Shown here in pieces: positions 24,766-32,576 of a stretch of 32,576 bases of DNA. The DNA comes from Ktedonobacterales bacterium. GTDB taxonomy: Bacteria; Chloroflexota; Ktedonobacteria; Ktedonobacterales; JADMIN01. A program made the position numbers and the translations under genes. Each line of letters begins with the position of its first letter. Positions within the stretch are counted from its first letter, which is position 1. The notes below the pieces were generated by a model. The model saw nothing but the letters and a program-made list of their open reading frames with translations. It had not been told where the DNA came from and ran no database searches. The DNA lies in assembly GCA_039924685.1 (NCBI GenBank), contig JBDTAI010000351.1, forward strand, positions 1-32,576, given 5' to 3'.

Positions 24766-27051
24766 ATGCAATCTCTCATGACACGACAACGCCTGAGCGA
24801 TCTGGGGCAGCGTATGCGCGCAACACTTGTTGACAAGCTGCGCTGGCTCGCCACAAACACCTTTGCGCCGCGCTGGTTGCCTTCCTCACTGCGCGAAAAG
24901 TGGTGGGTGGGGTATGTGGTCGCTGTGCTGGCGCAGGCGCTGGCAGTGCTGGCGGACACATTGTTTGTTCACCTCTTCCCTGCTTTCGCCGTGCGCGGGT
25001 TGCTGATGGCGCTGATTGTGGCGCTGGTGGCGCTGAGTTGGGGCGCTGGACCGAGTTTTCTTGCCACCTTCGTCGGCGCGGTGTTCCTCGATGTCTTTCT
25101 GCTACCACCGTATTTCTCCGCCTCGCTGGCGACGCCCGATGAACTCGTCAGTTTCATCCTGTTGATCGTCGTCGGCTGCGTGATCAGCGTGGTGGCGAGC
25201 CAGGTGGAGCGCGCTCACCGTGAGGCCCAGACGCTGGCCGGAACGCTTGCCACCGAGCGCGCGCGCCTCAATGCCGTGATCGAGGCGATCCCTGATATGC
25301 TTTTTATCCACAATGCGGCGGGCGACATCGTGCAACTGAACGAGGCTGGCCAACACATGGCAGGCGCCCAGCCGGCGACAACAGATACAGCCACAGCGCC
25401 ACTTGCCAGCATCCCAGCCGCTGGCCACCTGCTGACGATGGATGGCGACCCCTATCCAGCGGAGGCGCTGCCGGTGGCGCGGGCATTGCGCGGCGAGGCA
25501 GTTTCGGGGGTGGAGCTACGTTCGTTAGCGTCTGACGGTGAGGAACTCTACCTCACCATGAGCGCCGCGCCGTTTCGGGCACAGAAGCAAAAAATCACAG
25601 GCGCCGTCGCCATTGCGCACGATGTGACCGAACACCGGCGGCTGGAGCGTCGCACCCACGAGGCGCTGGCGGCCCTGCTGGAGATGGCGCAAACCATCGT
25701 CTCGAGCGACGCCGAACACAGTTCCAGTGAGCATCCGCTCTACATTCCTGAGCCGCTGCGCCACCCCGCCTATGGTGTTGGACTGCGGCTGGCGGAACTG
25801 ACGCGCAGTGTGCTGGGTTGCCAGCGCATCGTCATCACCTCGCTCGACCCTGAAAACGACATGATCCAGCCGGTGGCGTTAGTTGGCCTGAAACCGGAGC
25901 GAGAGCCGCAGTGGTGGCAGGAACAACCCATTGGCGTCCGTTTGAGTGACAATCCAGATCAGGCGCTGGCGGGCAAACTTCGCGCCGGAGACAGTCTGCT
26001 GATGGACATGACACAGCCGCCGTATGATCAGCAGCCCAATCCCGACCATGTACGCCAGTTGTTGCTGGTTCCCATGCTTGTCGGCGAGCGGCTCTACGGC
26101 TTTATTGCGCTTGACTATGGTGGCGCTGACCACACCTATACGCCACAGGAGTTCGCGCTGGCCGGCGCCGTTGCGCGCTTGACTGGGCTGGTGATCGAGC
26201 GCGAGCGGCTGCTGCGGCAGCGTGAGCAGGCGCGCGGACGCGAGTTGGCGCTGGTCGAGGCGAACCGACGCATGGACGAGTTTTTGGGGATCGCCAGCCA
26301 TGAGTTGCGCACTCCGCTCACCAGCGTCAAAGCCAATGTGCAGCTAGTGAGAAGGCGTATCAAATTGGTGGCGAACGGCCAGGCGCAGGTAGCCGCGCCA
26401 GCGACACAGGAGATGGCGAACAAGCTGCGCGCAGCCGAGGAACTACTCGAACGCTCGGACCGTCAGGTGGATCGGCTGGCGCGGCTGGTCAATGATCTGC
26501 TGGATGTCTCGCGCATCCAGTCGGGCAGACTTGAGATGCGCCCAGAGCCGTGTGATCTGGTCGCGCAGATCACCGACGCCGTGCAGGAGCAGCGCCAGGG
26601 GTGGCCTGACCGTGTGATCGCGCTCAACCTTGCAGAGAATAGCGTTCCCGTCTGCGCTGACGCCGACCGTATCGGGCAGGTCATCACCAACCTCCTCACC
26701 AACGCGCTCAAATACTCCGCGGAGGATCAACCAGTCGCGGTGACACTTTCCATCGAGGGCGAACTGAGCGATCTGGCGCGGGTGGCCGTGCGCGACTGCG
26801 GGCCGGGGCTGCCAGAAACCGAGCAGGCGCATATCTGGGAACGCTTCCATCGTGTGCCGGGGATCGAGCAGCAGAGCGGTTCGGGTGTGGGCTTGGGGCT
26901 GGGCCTCTACATCAGCCGCACCATCATCGAGCGCCACGGCGGGCACATCGGCGTCGAAAGCGCGCCGGGTCAGGGGTCCACCTTCTGGTTCACCCTGTCT
27001 ATTCAGGGCGCGTGCGACGAAATCGCAGACACTGAGGGAGACGATCTTTGA
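24766..27051 (+). CDS. Sensor histidine kinase (DUF4118-type membrane module, PAS, GAF, HisKA, HATPase_c), no cognate response regulator nearby
   Basis: H-box ASHELRTPLTSV, N-box LLTNALKYS, G1 VRDCGPGLP and G2 GSGVGLGLGLYISR. The start codon is uncertain because no SD is present. Confidence 0.92.
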   Translation: MQSLMTRQRLSDLGQRMRATLVDKLRWLATNTFAPRWLPSSLREKWWVGYVVAVLAQALAVLADTLFVHLFPAFAVRGLLMALIVALVALSWGAGPSFLATFVGAVFLDVFLLPPYFSASLATPDELVSFILLIVVGCVISVVASQVERAHREAQTLAGTLATERARLNAVIEAIPDMLFIHNAAGDIVQLNEAGQHMAGAQPATTDTATAPLASIPAAGHLLTMDGDPYPAEALPVARALRGEAVSGVELRSLASDGEELYLTMSAAPFRAQKQKITGAVAIAHDVTEHRRLERRTHEALAALLEMAQTIVSSDAEHSSSEHPLYIPEPLRHPAYGVGLRLAELTRSVLGCQRIVITSLDPENDMIQPVALVGLKPEREPQWWQEQPIGVRLSDNPDQALAGKLRAGDSLLMDMTQPPYDQQPNPDHVRQLLLVPMLVGERLYGFIALDYGGADHTYTPQEFALAGAVARLTGLVIERERLLRQREQARGRELALVEANRRMDEFLGIASHELRTPLTSVKANVQLVRRRIKLVANGQAQVAAPATQEMANKLRAAEELLERSDRQVDRLARLVNDLLDVSRIQSGRLEMRPEPCDLVAQITDAVQEQRQGWPDRVIALNLAENSVPVCADADRIGQVITNLLTNALKYSAEDQPVAVTLSIEGELSDLARVAVRDCGPGLPETEQAHIWERFHRVPGIEQQSGSGVGLGLGLYISRTIIERHGGHIGVESAPGQGSTFWFTLSIQGACDEIADTEGDDL

Positions 27052-27059
27052 TCGTTTTT
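27041..27059 (+). terminator. Weak hairpin plus T-run overlapping the kinase stop codon
   Basis: ACGATC-ttt-GATCGT is followed by TTTT(c). The stem is only 6 bp, so termination is probably partial at best. Confidence 0.3.
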
Positions 27060-27180
27060 CTTGCCGTTTTTGACTGTCTGTGAAGGAATGGTTGATTGTC
27101 CACAAAAGGGGCAGAAAAGCAGAAGCCAAGAGGCTTTGGGGCCATTCAGGCAAGCACAGAAATACTACAACGGCGAGGAG

Positions 27181-27627
27181 ATGATCGGTATGCTGCAACA
27201 AAACCATACACAGACGCTGCGCCAGACCCACCGCACAATGACGACGATCATGCCGCTGGTAACAGCCGCGTTGTCGGTGACAGGTGTTCTGCTCGCCGCG
27301 ACGGAACGCAAGAATGAGAAGGAAGCCCAACAGGCCGATCAAACCAGCGAGCAGGCGAATGGAACGGTTCAGACAACTCAGGCGCCTTTCGCGCAGGGCG
27401 GTGAGGGATCGCTGACGCTGCGGGCGTATCTCTTCACGCTGGTGAGCAAGATGCTATCGGTGCTGGTGGGAATCGCGCTGGTGCTGGCGCTGGTCACGCT
27501 GGCGCTGCGCAGCGGGCCAACCGGTGTCGCCATCGAACTGACCGCGCTGATCCTGCTGGCGCTCTATCTGACAGAGAAAGCGGCCCGCAAGCAGGCGCGA
27601 CAACATCGTCGCGCGCGCCGCGCATAG
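27181..27627 (+). CDS. Hypothetical 148-aa membrane protein (3 predicted TM helices, basic C-terminus)
   Basis: The ATG at 27181 immediately follows GAGGAG. Hydrophobic segments are IMPLVTAALSVTGVLLAA, MLSVLVGIALVLALVTLAL and VAIELTALILLALYL. A strong terminator follows. Confidence 0.55.
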   Translation: MIGMLQQNHTQTLRQTHRTMTTIMPLVTAALSVTGVLLAATERKNEKEAQQADQTSEQANGTVQTTQAPFAQGGEGSLTLRAYLFTLVSKMLSVLVGIALVLALVTLALRSGPTGVAIELTALILLALYLTEKAARKQARQHRRARRA

Positions 27628-27653
27628 AGATGTTGAATAGAGATGTTGAATAG
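27624..27653. repeat. Direct 13-bp duplication (atagagatgttga) x2.3 starting at the stop codon
   Basis: Read directly: 27624-27636 equals 27637-27649, followed by a partial atag. Confidence 0.9.
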
Positions 27654-27655
27654 CA

Positions 27656-27693
27656 GCAGCCCTCGTCCTGATGACGGACGAGGGCTGCTCTTT
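27656..27693 (+). terminator. Intrinsic terminator
   Basis: GCAGCCCTCGTCC (27656-27668), loop tgatgac, GGACGAGGGCTGC (27676-27688), then tcTTTg. Confidence 0.75.
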
Positions 27694-27937
27694 GCCTATT
27701 CGGCAAATGGCTGGAAACGATCAGCGATGGCATAGCTGAAGCCAGGCACGACACTTTCGCCGTCAAGCGCCTGCCCACCAGTGAGTGTAATGGGTAATGT
27801 GTTTCGTATACATCCTGCTGATCCAGCCCGTGTGGTTCACCCTGGCATACACCACATGATACCATGCGTATATGAGGCGACGAATATGAGGCGCGATGCG
27901 GCAGTATCACGGCGACGGCGGAGAAGAAGGCGTGTTC

Positions 27938-28534
27938 ATGGGCAGGAGTGGTGTTGGCGAGTGGTATAGCGTTGTTTCGCGCCGTGCAAGCGGCTTCACG
28001 GCAATTGCGTGGCTGCGTGTCGGAGTGATCGTGGCGGCGCTGGTGGCGGTCGTGCTCTTTGCGCTGGCACGCACGCTGTTGCCATCGCCTGCCGGGGCGC
28101 AAGCGCTGGTAGGCAAGCCCGCGCCTGTTTTCACACTGCCTGCCGCGCAGGATGGCGCGCTGCTGCCTGCTCCGCAGACGCTCATTGCGCAGCGTGGACA
28201 CGTCGTGTTGCTCGTCTTCTTCAACACGCTTTGCACCCACTGCCTGAGCGAACTGCAAACGGCGCATGCGGTCGCCAGCGGTTTTCCACTACTCACAACA
28301 CTCGCGATTGATGCGCCAGGAGAGCGGCCCGACATCACAGCGGCGTATAGCCAGAGACTCGGCTTCGACGCGCCGATCCTGCTGGATAACGGCGCACGGG
28401 TGGCCGCAAGGTATGGCGTGGACTACTATCCGACGCTCACGCTGGTAGATGCGCGCGGTGTGATACGAGCGGTGTGGCTTGGTGAAGTGAACGCCAGCAC
28501 GCTACACAACGGTATCGCACAAATCGTGAGGTGA
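27938..28534 (+). CDS. TlpA/ResA-like membrane-anchored thiol:disulfide oxidoreductase (thioredoxin fold)
   Basis: The ATG at 27938 lies downstream of GGAGAAGAAGG. There is an N-terminal TM anchor. The motif GHVVLLVFFNTLCTHCLSEL carries a CxxC (CTHC), and the YYPTLTLVD cis-Pro region is present. Confidence 0.85.
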   Translation: MGRSGVGEWYSVVSRRASGFTAIAWLRVGVIVAALVAVVLFALARTLLPSPAGAQALVGKPAPVFTLPAAQDGALLPAPQTLIAQRGHVVLLVFFNTLCTHCLSELQTAHAVASGFPLLTTLAIDAPGERPDITAAYSQRLGFDAPILLDNGARVAARYGVDYYPTLTLVDARGVIRAVWLGEVNASTLHNGIAQIVR

Positions 28535-28549
28535 ACGGTAGCAAAACAC

Positions 28550-28578
28550 ATCCCCTTCTCACCTGTTGAGAAGGGGAT
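28550..28578. terminator. Hairpin between the convergent tlpA-like and usp genes
   Basis: ATCCCCTTCTC-acctgtt-GAGAAGGGGAT is a perfect 11-bp stem. Confidence 0.55.
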
Positions 28579-28667
28579 TACTGCTTGTGCCTGGCGTCGT
28601 GGCGTGCGTCGGCCTCTCAAGGCTGCGAAGGCAACACGCAGCGACCAGTGGCCGCGATTGATCGAAC

Positions 28668-29399
28668 TCAGACGCCGATGGCGGCTTCAACGCGCTCCGG
28701 GTGTGCGTCCTTCTCCGAATTCTTGTCGCGCACAATCCACACCTTGCAGCGCGCATGCTTCAGCACATAGTCGGCGGTCTCGCTGATCTGAAACTGACCG
28801 CTGTGGCCCAGCCGGTAGGGGACACCCAGGATGATCAGCGCGCAACCATGCGCCTCGCTCTCATCAACCAGGCTTTGACCAAACGAGCGTGACTGGACAA
28901 TTTCTGGTTCGAGATCGGCGCCCACCTGTTCGGCGATGGCGCGGGCGCGTTCCAGCGCCACACTGGCTGCGTTCGTCTCATTCGCCATCTCGGCGTCAAT
29001 CGGCTGCGTCCTCGGCACCTCGATGCCGTAGATCGCAAACGCCTCGACCTTCTTGGTTTTGGCGAGGATACACGCGACGCTCACCGTCTCGCGGTCCAGT
29101 TCAGCGCCGGTGACGCCGACGATGATGTTGCAATAGCCCTGCATCGGGCGACCGGTAGCGTCCGCAGGCAGGGATAGCATATCCGGTCGGGTCGCGTTCA
29201 CTATAGGGCGCATCTGGCTTGATTCTGGGTGTTGACCATCAATAACTTTGGCGGCGCGTCCCTGTGCGGGAACAAGCCGGTCTAAAATCTTCACGCTTTC
29301 ATCCTCTACGAGTCGTCGTAGCGTCACTCCATCCTGGAGTGCTGGCTCATCCGCTGGGGTGTCGGCCAGAGGCGTTAGCCCTGAATGAACCGATCCCAT
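28668..29399 (-). CDS. Universal stress protein (UspA-family) domain protein with an N-terminal extension of about 85 aa
   Basis: The C-terminal 155 aa (NIIVGVTG...ALIILGVPYRLGHSGQFQISETADYVLKHARCKVWIV) fit the USP fold. The start is uncertain; internal candidates are M63 and M86. Confidence 0.78.
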   Translation of the reverse strand: MGSVHSGLTPLADTPADEPALQDGVTLRRLVEDESVKILDRLVPAQGRAAKVIDGQHPESSQMRPIVNATRPDMLSLPADATGRPMQGYCNIIVGVTGAELDRETVSVACILAKTKKVEAFAIYGIEVPRTQPIDAEMANETNAASVALERARAIAEQVGADLEPEIVQSRSFGQSLVDESEAHGCALIILGVPYRLGHSGQFQISETADYVLKHARCKVWIVRDKNSEKDAHPERVEAAIGV

Positions 29400-29913
29400 C
29401 CTGTGCGTGATAGGTACGACGTTGTATTACGTGATACCTACACGCAGGACGTGTGCGTGGTGAGTCGTAAGCGCCGCAACGCCCGTGTCGTCACTTTCTC
29501 TACCTATCATCCTCGCGTCATCCGCGCGCATGCTTCGCCGCGATATAGCGCGTTTGCGCTGGCTTTGCGCATGGTTTCCGCGTTCCGCCATCGTCGGAAG
29601 TATTCTCCCGCGCAATGGCCTCGACACAACCCACTCTATTATACAGTACGTATCAACCCCAACCGGGTTGTCACACGTATGTCTCAGTGGGCTGATTATT
29701 CTCCCGTGTAACCCTATGCAGTCCCTGTGCCAACATATCTCTCGAACGACTGATCGAGCAGTAGATAGCCGCTCCACGTCCCCTAGCTGGATACTACACG
29801 CCTGTTCAAACGTCCTATACCACAGGTATTGGCGCCAATCAGTAGAGTATAGACATGCAGATGTTGCGCTTCGGTATTGTTCAGGGTGTTATCCTACAGT
29901 AGTGTGGCAGGGC

Positions 29914-31308
29914 ATGGGGGGACATGACGTGACGAATCCAGACGGACCTGACAGGTTGGCGAGACCAGATATCCGTGGCGCGCACAACGGCGTGAATGGC
30001 GCCACATCTGACAAACAGGGAAACACCGATATACTGTCTGACCTGCCAACTGCGCGGGTGGCGATTACCTCGGCGCCGCCGCTACCAGCCGCCACACATC
30101 CACCTGATCGTCCGCCCAGCACAATGCCTGGCACAATGCCTGGCACAATGCCGATGAACGCTGGCGACCTGTTTGTTGATCTGCCCACGGCGCGCATTGC
30201 GGTAGCGTCCATGCCGCTGTCTCCGTCGGCGCCAGCAGCGAATGGGGCGCCTGCGCCATCCATCGCTGATCTGCCAACCGGCAGGCTTTCTATGCCATCC
30301 ATCGCCGATCTGCCAACCGGCAGGCTTGCGGCGCCCACCGCGCCGCCACTGCCCCAGCCGGTACAGCCACTACCCCCTGCACACATGCCAGCTCCAGTTC
30401 CCACCCCACCGCGCAAAGGACGACGCAAAGAGTCGGAGCACGCGACACGCGCGGCCTATAGCGAGGCCACGACGACGAAGCTGCCTACCCCACAGTCGCC
30501 GCGCCCCCGACGGCGCGGATCGCTGGGATGGCGCATCGTCAATACGGCGCTGCTGGTGTTGTTGCTGCTGGCGTTGGGCGGCGTCGGCGCGCTTTATCTC
30601 TATGGCAAGGCACAGGCGGCGCGTCCACAGCAGGTGGCGAACGCCTTCTGCGTCGCTCTCACCGGCGCCAGCTACAGTCCGGCCTATGATCTGTTGTCTC
30701 CAACCATGCAACAGCAATTTTCCCGGCAGATGTTCCAGACCGACGAGACGCTGCGTGACCAACTTGACGGCCATGTGACGAGGTGTACGGCGCAGCAGCA
30801 GGGCAAAACGCCGCAGTTCGGCTATATGCAACGTCCCAATGTCGTGCGCTTTCAAGTGACGCTGACACGCCACAGCAGTGTCACCGGCCTGATCGCGCTT
30901 GTCCCAGTTGGAACCGACTGGAGAATCGGCGCGATCCAGTCGTCTCTGCAAGGGACCGATCTGGCGCCGCTCGATCTGGTCGGCAGGCTCTGTCAGGCGT
31001 TCACTGCTGGTGACGCAGCCCATGTGTATACCTATTTTACGCCCGCCTTCCAGCATGAGCAGGGGGCCACGAAGGTGTTCACCAGCGCGTTTGGCCAGGG
31101 ATTGCGCATAACACAGTGTATCCCGGCGCTGCACACCTACCAGCTTGCATCGAACAATCTCAGCGCCACAATGCAGATCACGCTGATAGTGAAGGCGACT
31201 GTCGCCCATACCGGCGGCATCGCGCAGACATTCCCTGCGACGGCGCAGGTCGTCTGCCTGCGCAGCGCAAACGGCTGGCTGGTGGACAACCTCGCGCTTC
31301 AGCATTGA
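29914..31308 (+). CDS. Uncharacterised bitopic membrane protein: Pro-rich cytoplasmic region with four DLPT[AG]R repeats, one TM helix, two NTF2-like (DUF4878-like) extracytoplasmic modules
   Basis: The start is the ATG at 29914 or the GTG at 29929 (after GGGGGGA). The TM helix is WRIVNTALLVLLLLALGGVGALYLYG. The modules begin VANAFCVALTGASYSPAYDLLS and LCQAFTAGDAAHVYTYFTPAF. The 143 open codons upstream are not protein-like. Confidence 0.7.
   Translation: MGGHDVTNPDGPDRLARPDIRGAHNGVNGATSDKQGNTDILSDLPTARVAITSAPPLPAATHPPDRPPSTMPGTMPGTMPMNAGDLFVDLPTARIAVASMPLSPSAPAANGAPAPSIADLPTGRLSMPSIADLPTGRLAAPTAPPLPQPVQPLPPAHMPAPVPTPPRKGRRKESEHATRAAYSEATTTKLPTPQSPRPRRRGSLGWRIVNTALLVLLLLALGGVGALYLYGKAQAARPQQVANAFCVALTGASYSPAYDLLSPTMQQQFSRQMFQTDETLRDQLDGHVTRCTAQQQGKTPQFGYMQRPNVVRFQVTLTRHSSVTGLIALVPVGTDWRIGAIQSSLQGTDLAPLDLVGRLCQAFTAGDAAHVYTYFTPAFQHEQGATKVFTSAFGQGLRITQCIPALHTYQLASNNLSATMQITLIVKATVAHTGGIAQTFPATAQVVCLRSANGWLVDNLALQH
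30256..30327 (+). repeat. In-frame 39-nt direct repeat encoding PSIADLPTGRL(SM/AA)
   Basis: ccatccatcgc(t/c)gatctgccaaccggcaggctt occurs at 30256-30288 and 30295-30327. A separate 12-nt repeat (atgcctggcaca x2.5, MPGT) lies at about 30123-30152. Confidence 0.9.
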
Positions 31309-31411
31309 TCACCTGTACACTACAGCGGTTGATCTGGCGACGTGTTTCCGCGTACCATACGGTGGATAGCTCTTCGGTGACATCTGGTGGGAGTATGCGC
31401 GGCGTGAAGAC

Positions 31412-32197
31412 ATGACACCTGCTAGTGCAAGCAATACACCACCTGATATGCCCTTGGGGAAGCTCTTTGGGCTGCCGGTGGCGCTACTTGGAGAGGCACA
31501 GGTGGTCGAGCGCATTGCTGCGTATCTCGCATCGAGCCAGGCGGGCGCAGATAAGCGGCGTGGGGCGTGGCAGGTGGTGACACTCAACCCCGAGATCGCC
31601 ATGCGCGCGCGGCGGAACGACGAACTGCGCGCGATCATCCAGCACGCCGGGTTGGTGGTCGCGGATGGCATCGGCGTTGTGCTGGCATTGCGCCTGCGAA
31701 GGTATCGGGCGCCGGAGCGGGTGACAGGCGTTGATCTGATGGAGGCGCTGGCGGCGCGCGCGGCGACAGATGGCTGGCGCGTATTTCTGTTGGGCGCACA
31801 GCCGGGGGTAGCCGAGACGGCGGCCGCCATCCTGACGCAGCGCCATCCGGGATTGATCGCCGCGGGAACATACGCTGGCTCACCCACGCCGGAAGACGAC
31901 ACGGCGACGCTGGCGCATATCAGCGCTGCGCAACCCGACATCCTCTTCGTCGCGTTTGGCGCCCCTGCGCAGGAGTGCTGGATTGCGCGCCAGGGCGAAC
32001 AACTGGATGGCGTAGTCGCGCTGGGTGTTGGCGGCGCGCTAGATTTCATCGCCGGTCGCGTCCCTCGTGCGCCAGACTGGATGCGACGCCTGGGGCTGGA
32101 GTGGCTCTACCGGCTGTGGCGCGAGCCGTGGCGCTGGCGACGCATGCTGGCGCTACCCCGTTTCGCGCTGGCCGCAGTGTGGGAACGCGAGACCTGA
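31412..32197 (+). CDS. tagA: WecB/TagA/CpsF-family glycosyltransferase (N-acetylmannosaminyltransferase-like)
   Basis: VVTLNPEIAMRA...AGLVVADGIGVVLA...GVDLM...FLLGAQPGVAE...FVAFGAPAQECWI...GVGGALDFIAGRVPRAPDWMRRLGLEWLYRL is the family pattern. Confidence 0.9.
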   Translation: MTPASASNTPPDMPLGKLFGLPVALLGEAQVVERIAAYLASSQAGADKRRGAWQVVTLNPEIAMRARRNDELRAIIQHAGLVVADGIGVVLALRLRRYRAPERVTGVDLMEALAARAATDGWRVFLLGAQPGVAETAAAILTQRHPGLIAAGTYAGSPTPEDDTATLAHISAAQPDILFVAFGAPAQECWIARQGEQLDGVVALGVGGALDFIAGRVPRAPDWMRRLGLEWLYRLWREPWRWRRMLALPRFALAAVWERET

Positions 32198-32223
32198 TCC
32201 CGCGCAGAACATGAGGAGTGAGC

Positions 32224-32576
32224 GTGGCGGAGAGCAAACAACAACCAGTGGGGCGCAGGGCGCGGCTGCTGAACTTGATCGAGCGGTCCGCGGGAAAGCG
32301 CGTGCTGGTGGTGGGCGATATGGTGGCCGATGAATATATCATCGGTTCGCCGTTTCGCATCTCACGCGAGGCGCCGGTGCTGGTGCTGCGCCACCGCGCC
32401 CAGAGCATCGTACCCGGCGGCGCCACCAATCCCGCTGTCAATGCGCGCACGCTGGGCGCTGAGGTGTTCCTGGCGGGGGTCATCGGCGACGATGCGCCGG
32501 GGGAAGGGCTGCGCGCCCGCCTGCATGAGTACGCCGTGGAGATGGCGGGCCTGTTCTCTGAGCCGGGCCGTCCCAC
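32224..32576 (+). CDS. HldE/RfaE domain-I-like PfkB-family sugar kinase (D-glycero-beta-D-manno-heptose-7-phosphate kinase-like), 3'-truncated by the window edge and absent from the ORF track
   Basis: GTG at 32224 lies 5 nt after GAGGAG. My translation VAESKQQ...KRVLVVGDMVADEYIIGSPFRISREAPVLVLRH...IVPGGATNPAVNARTLGAEVFLAGVIGDD parallels E. coli HldE (VMVVGDVMLDRYWYG...RISPEAPVPVV...PGGAANVAMNIASLGA). Confidence 0.8.
   Translation, partial: MAESKQQPVGRRARLLNLIERSAGKRVLVVGDMVADEYIIGSPFRISREAPVLVLRHRAQSIVPGGATNPAVNARTLGAEVFLAGVIGDDAPGEGLRARLHEYAVEMAGLFSEPGRP

Noticed and set aside
1861-27653. Whether any of the tandem repeats (1861, 16191, 19312, 21395, 27624) could be a CRISPR array.
   Set aside because: The units are 8-14 bp and directly abutting with no spacers. 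No cas genes are present.
1-32576. A search for tRNA, rRNA, RNase P, SRP or 6S signatures (GGTTCGAATCC-type T-loops, GAGGAAAGTCC, GGAAGCAGC) and for transposase, integrase or defence-type genes.
   Set aside because: None were seen by eye on either strand. Absence should be confirmed with tRNAscan-SE, Infernal, and ISfinder or DefenseFinder-type searches.

Overview
GC-rich, gene-dense bacterial chromosomal segment with about 27 protein-coding genes in short transcription units of mixed orientation. The protein style (Pro/Gly/Asn-rich tails, NTF2-module membrane proteins, a DUF4118-PAS-GAF kinase) suggests a Chloroflexota/Ktedonobacteria-like organism, but that is inference only. Most content is housekeeping: RidA (5'-truncated), S51 peptidase, prfA, two HAD hydrolases, tldD-pmbA followed by a TTG-start 105-aa ORF, a CsbD-like protein, a stand-alone MoxR AAA+ ATPase, ftsH, an HxlR regulator, ispF, a class-B PBP with an NTF2-like N-domain, an ACT-domain protein, glpK, an orphan sensor kinase, a TlpA-like redoxin, a USP-domain protein and a TagA-family glycosyltransferase. 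A 3'-truncated HldE/RfaE-like sugar kinase (32224..>32576) is missing from the supplied ORF track. I found no rRNA, tRNA, CRISPR array, transposase, integrase or recognisable defence or toxin gene, and I cannot point to a convincing multi-gene novel system. The less ordinary material falls into four groups. (1) Short tandem repeats sit in five intergenic regions, one of which is an array of four Shine-Dalgarno-like motifs abutting a start codon. (2) Paired palindromes (TGTACA-N5/6-TGTACA twice, CGTATACG twice) lie in the moxR-ftsH divergent region around a MoxR gene that lacks its usual VWA partner. (3) Three large or odd uncharacterised membrane proteins are present: a 718-aa polytopic protein with a HAMP-like segment and no output domain, a 639-aa protein with a large extracytoplasmic domain, and a 464-aa DLPT[AG]R-repeat protein with NTF2-like modules. 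(4) Several long structured or hairpin-rich non-coding regions remain unexplained. All functional calls rest on motif recognition by eye; no database search was run.
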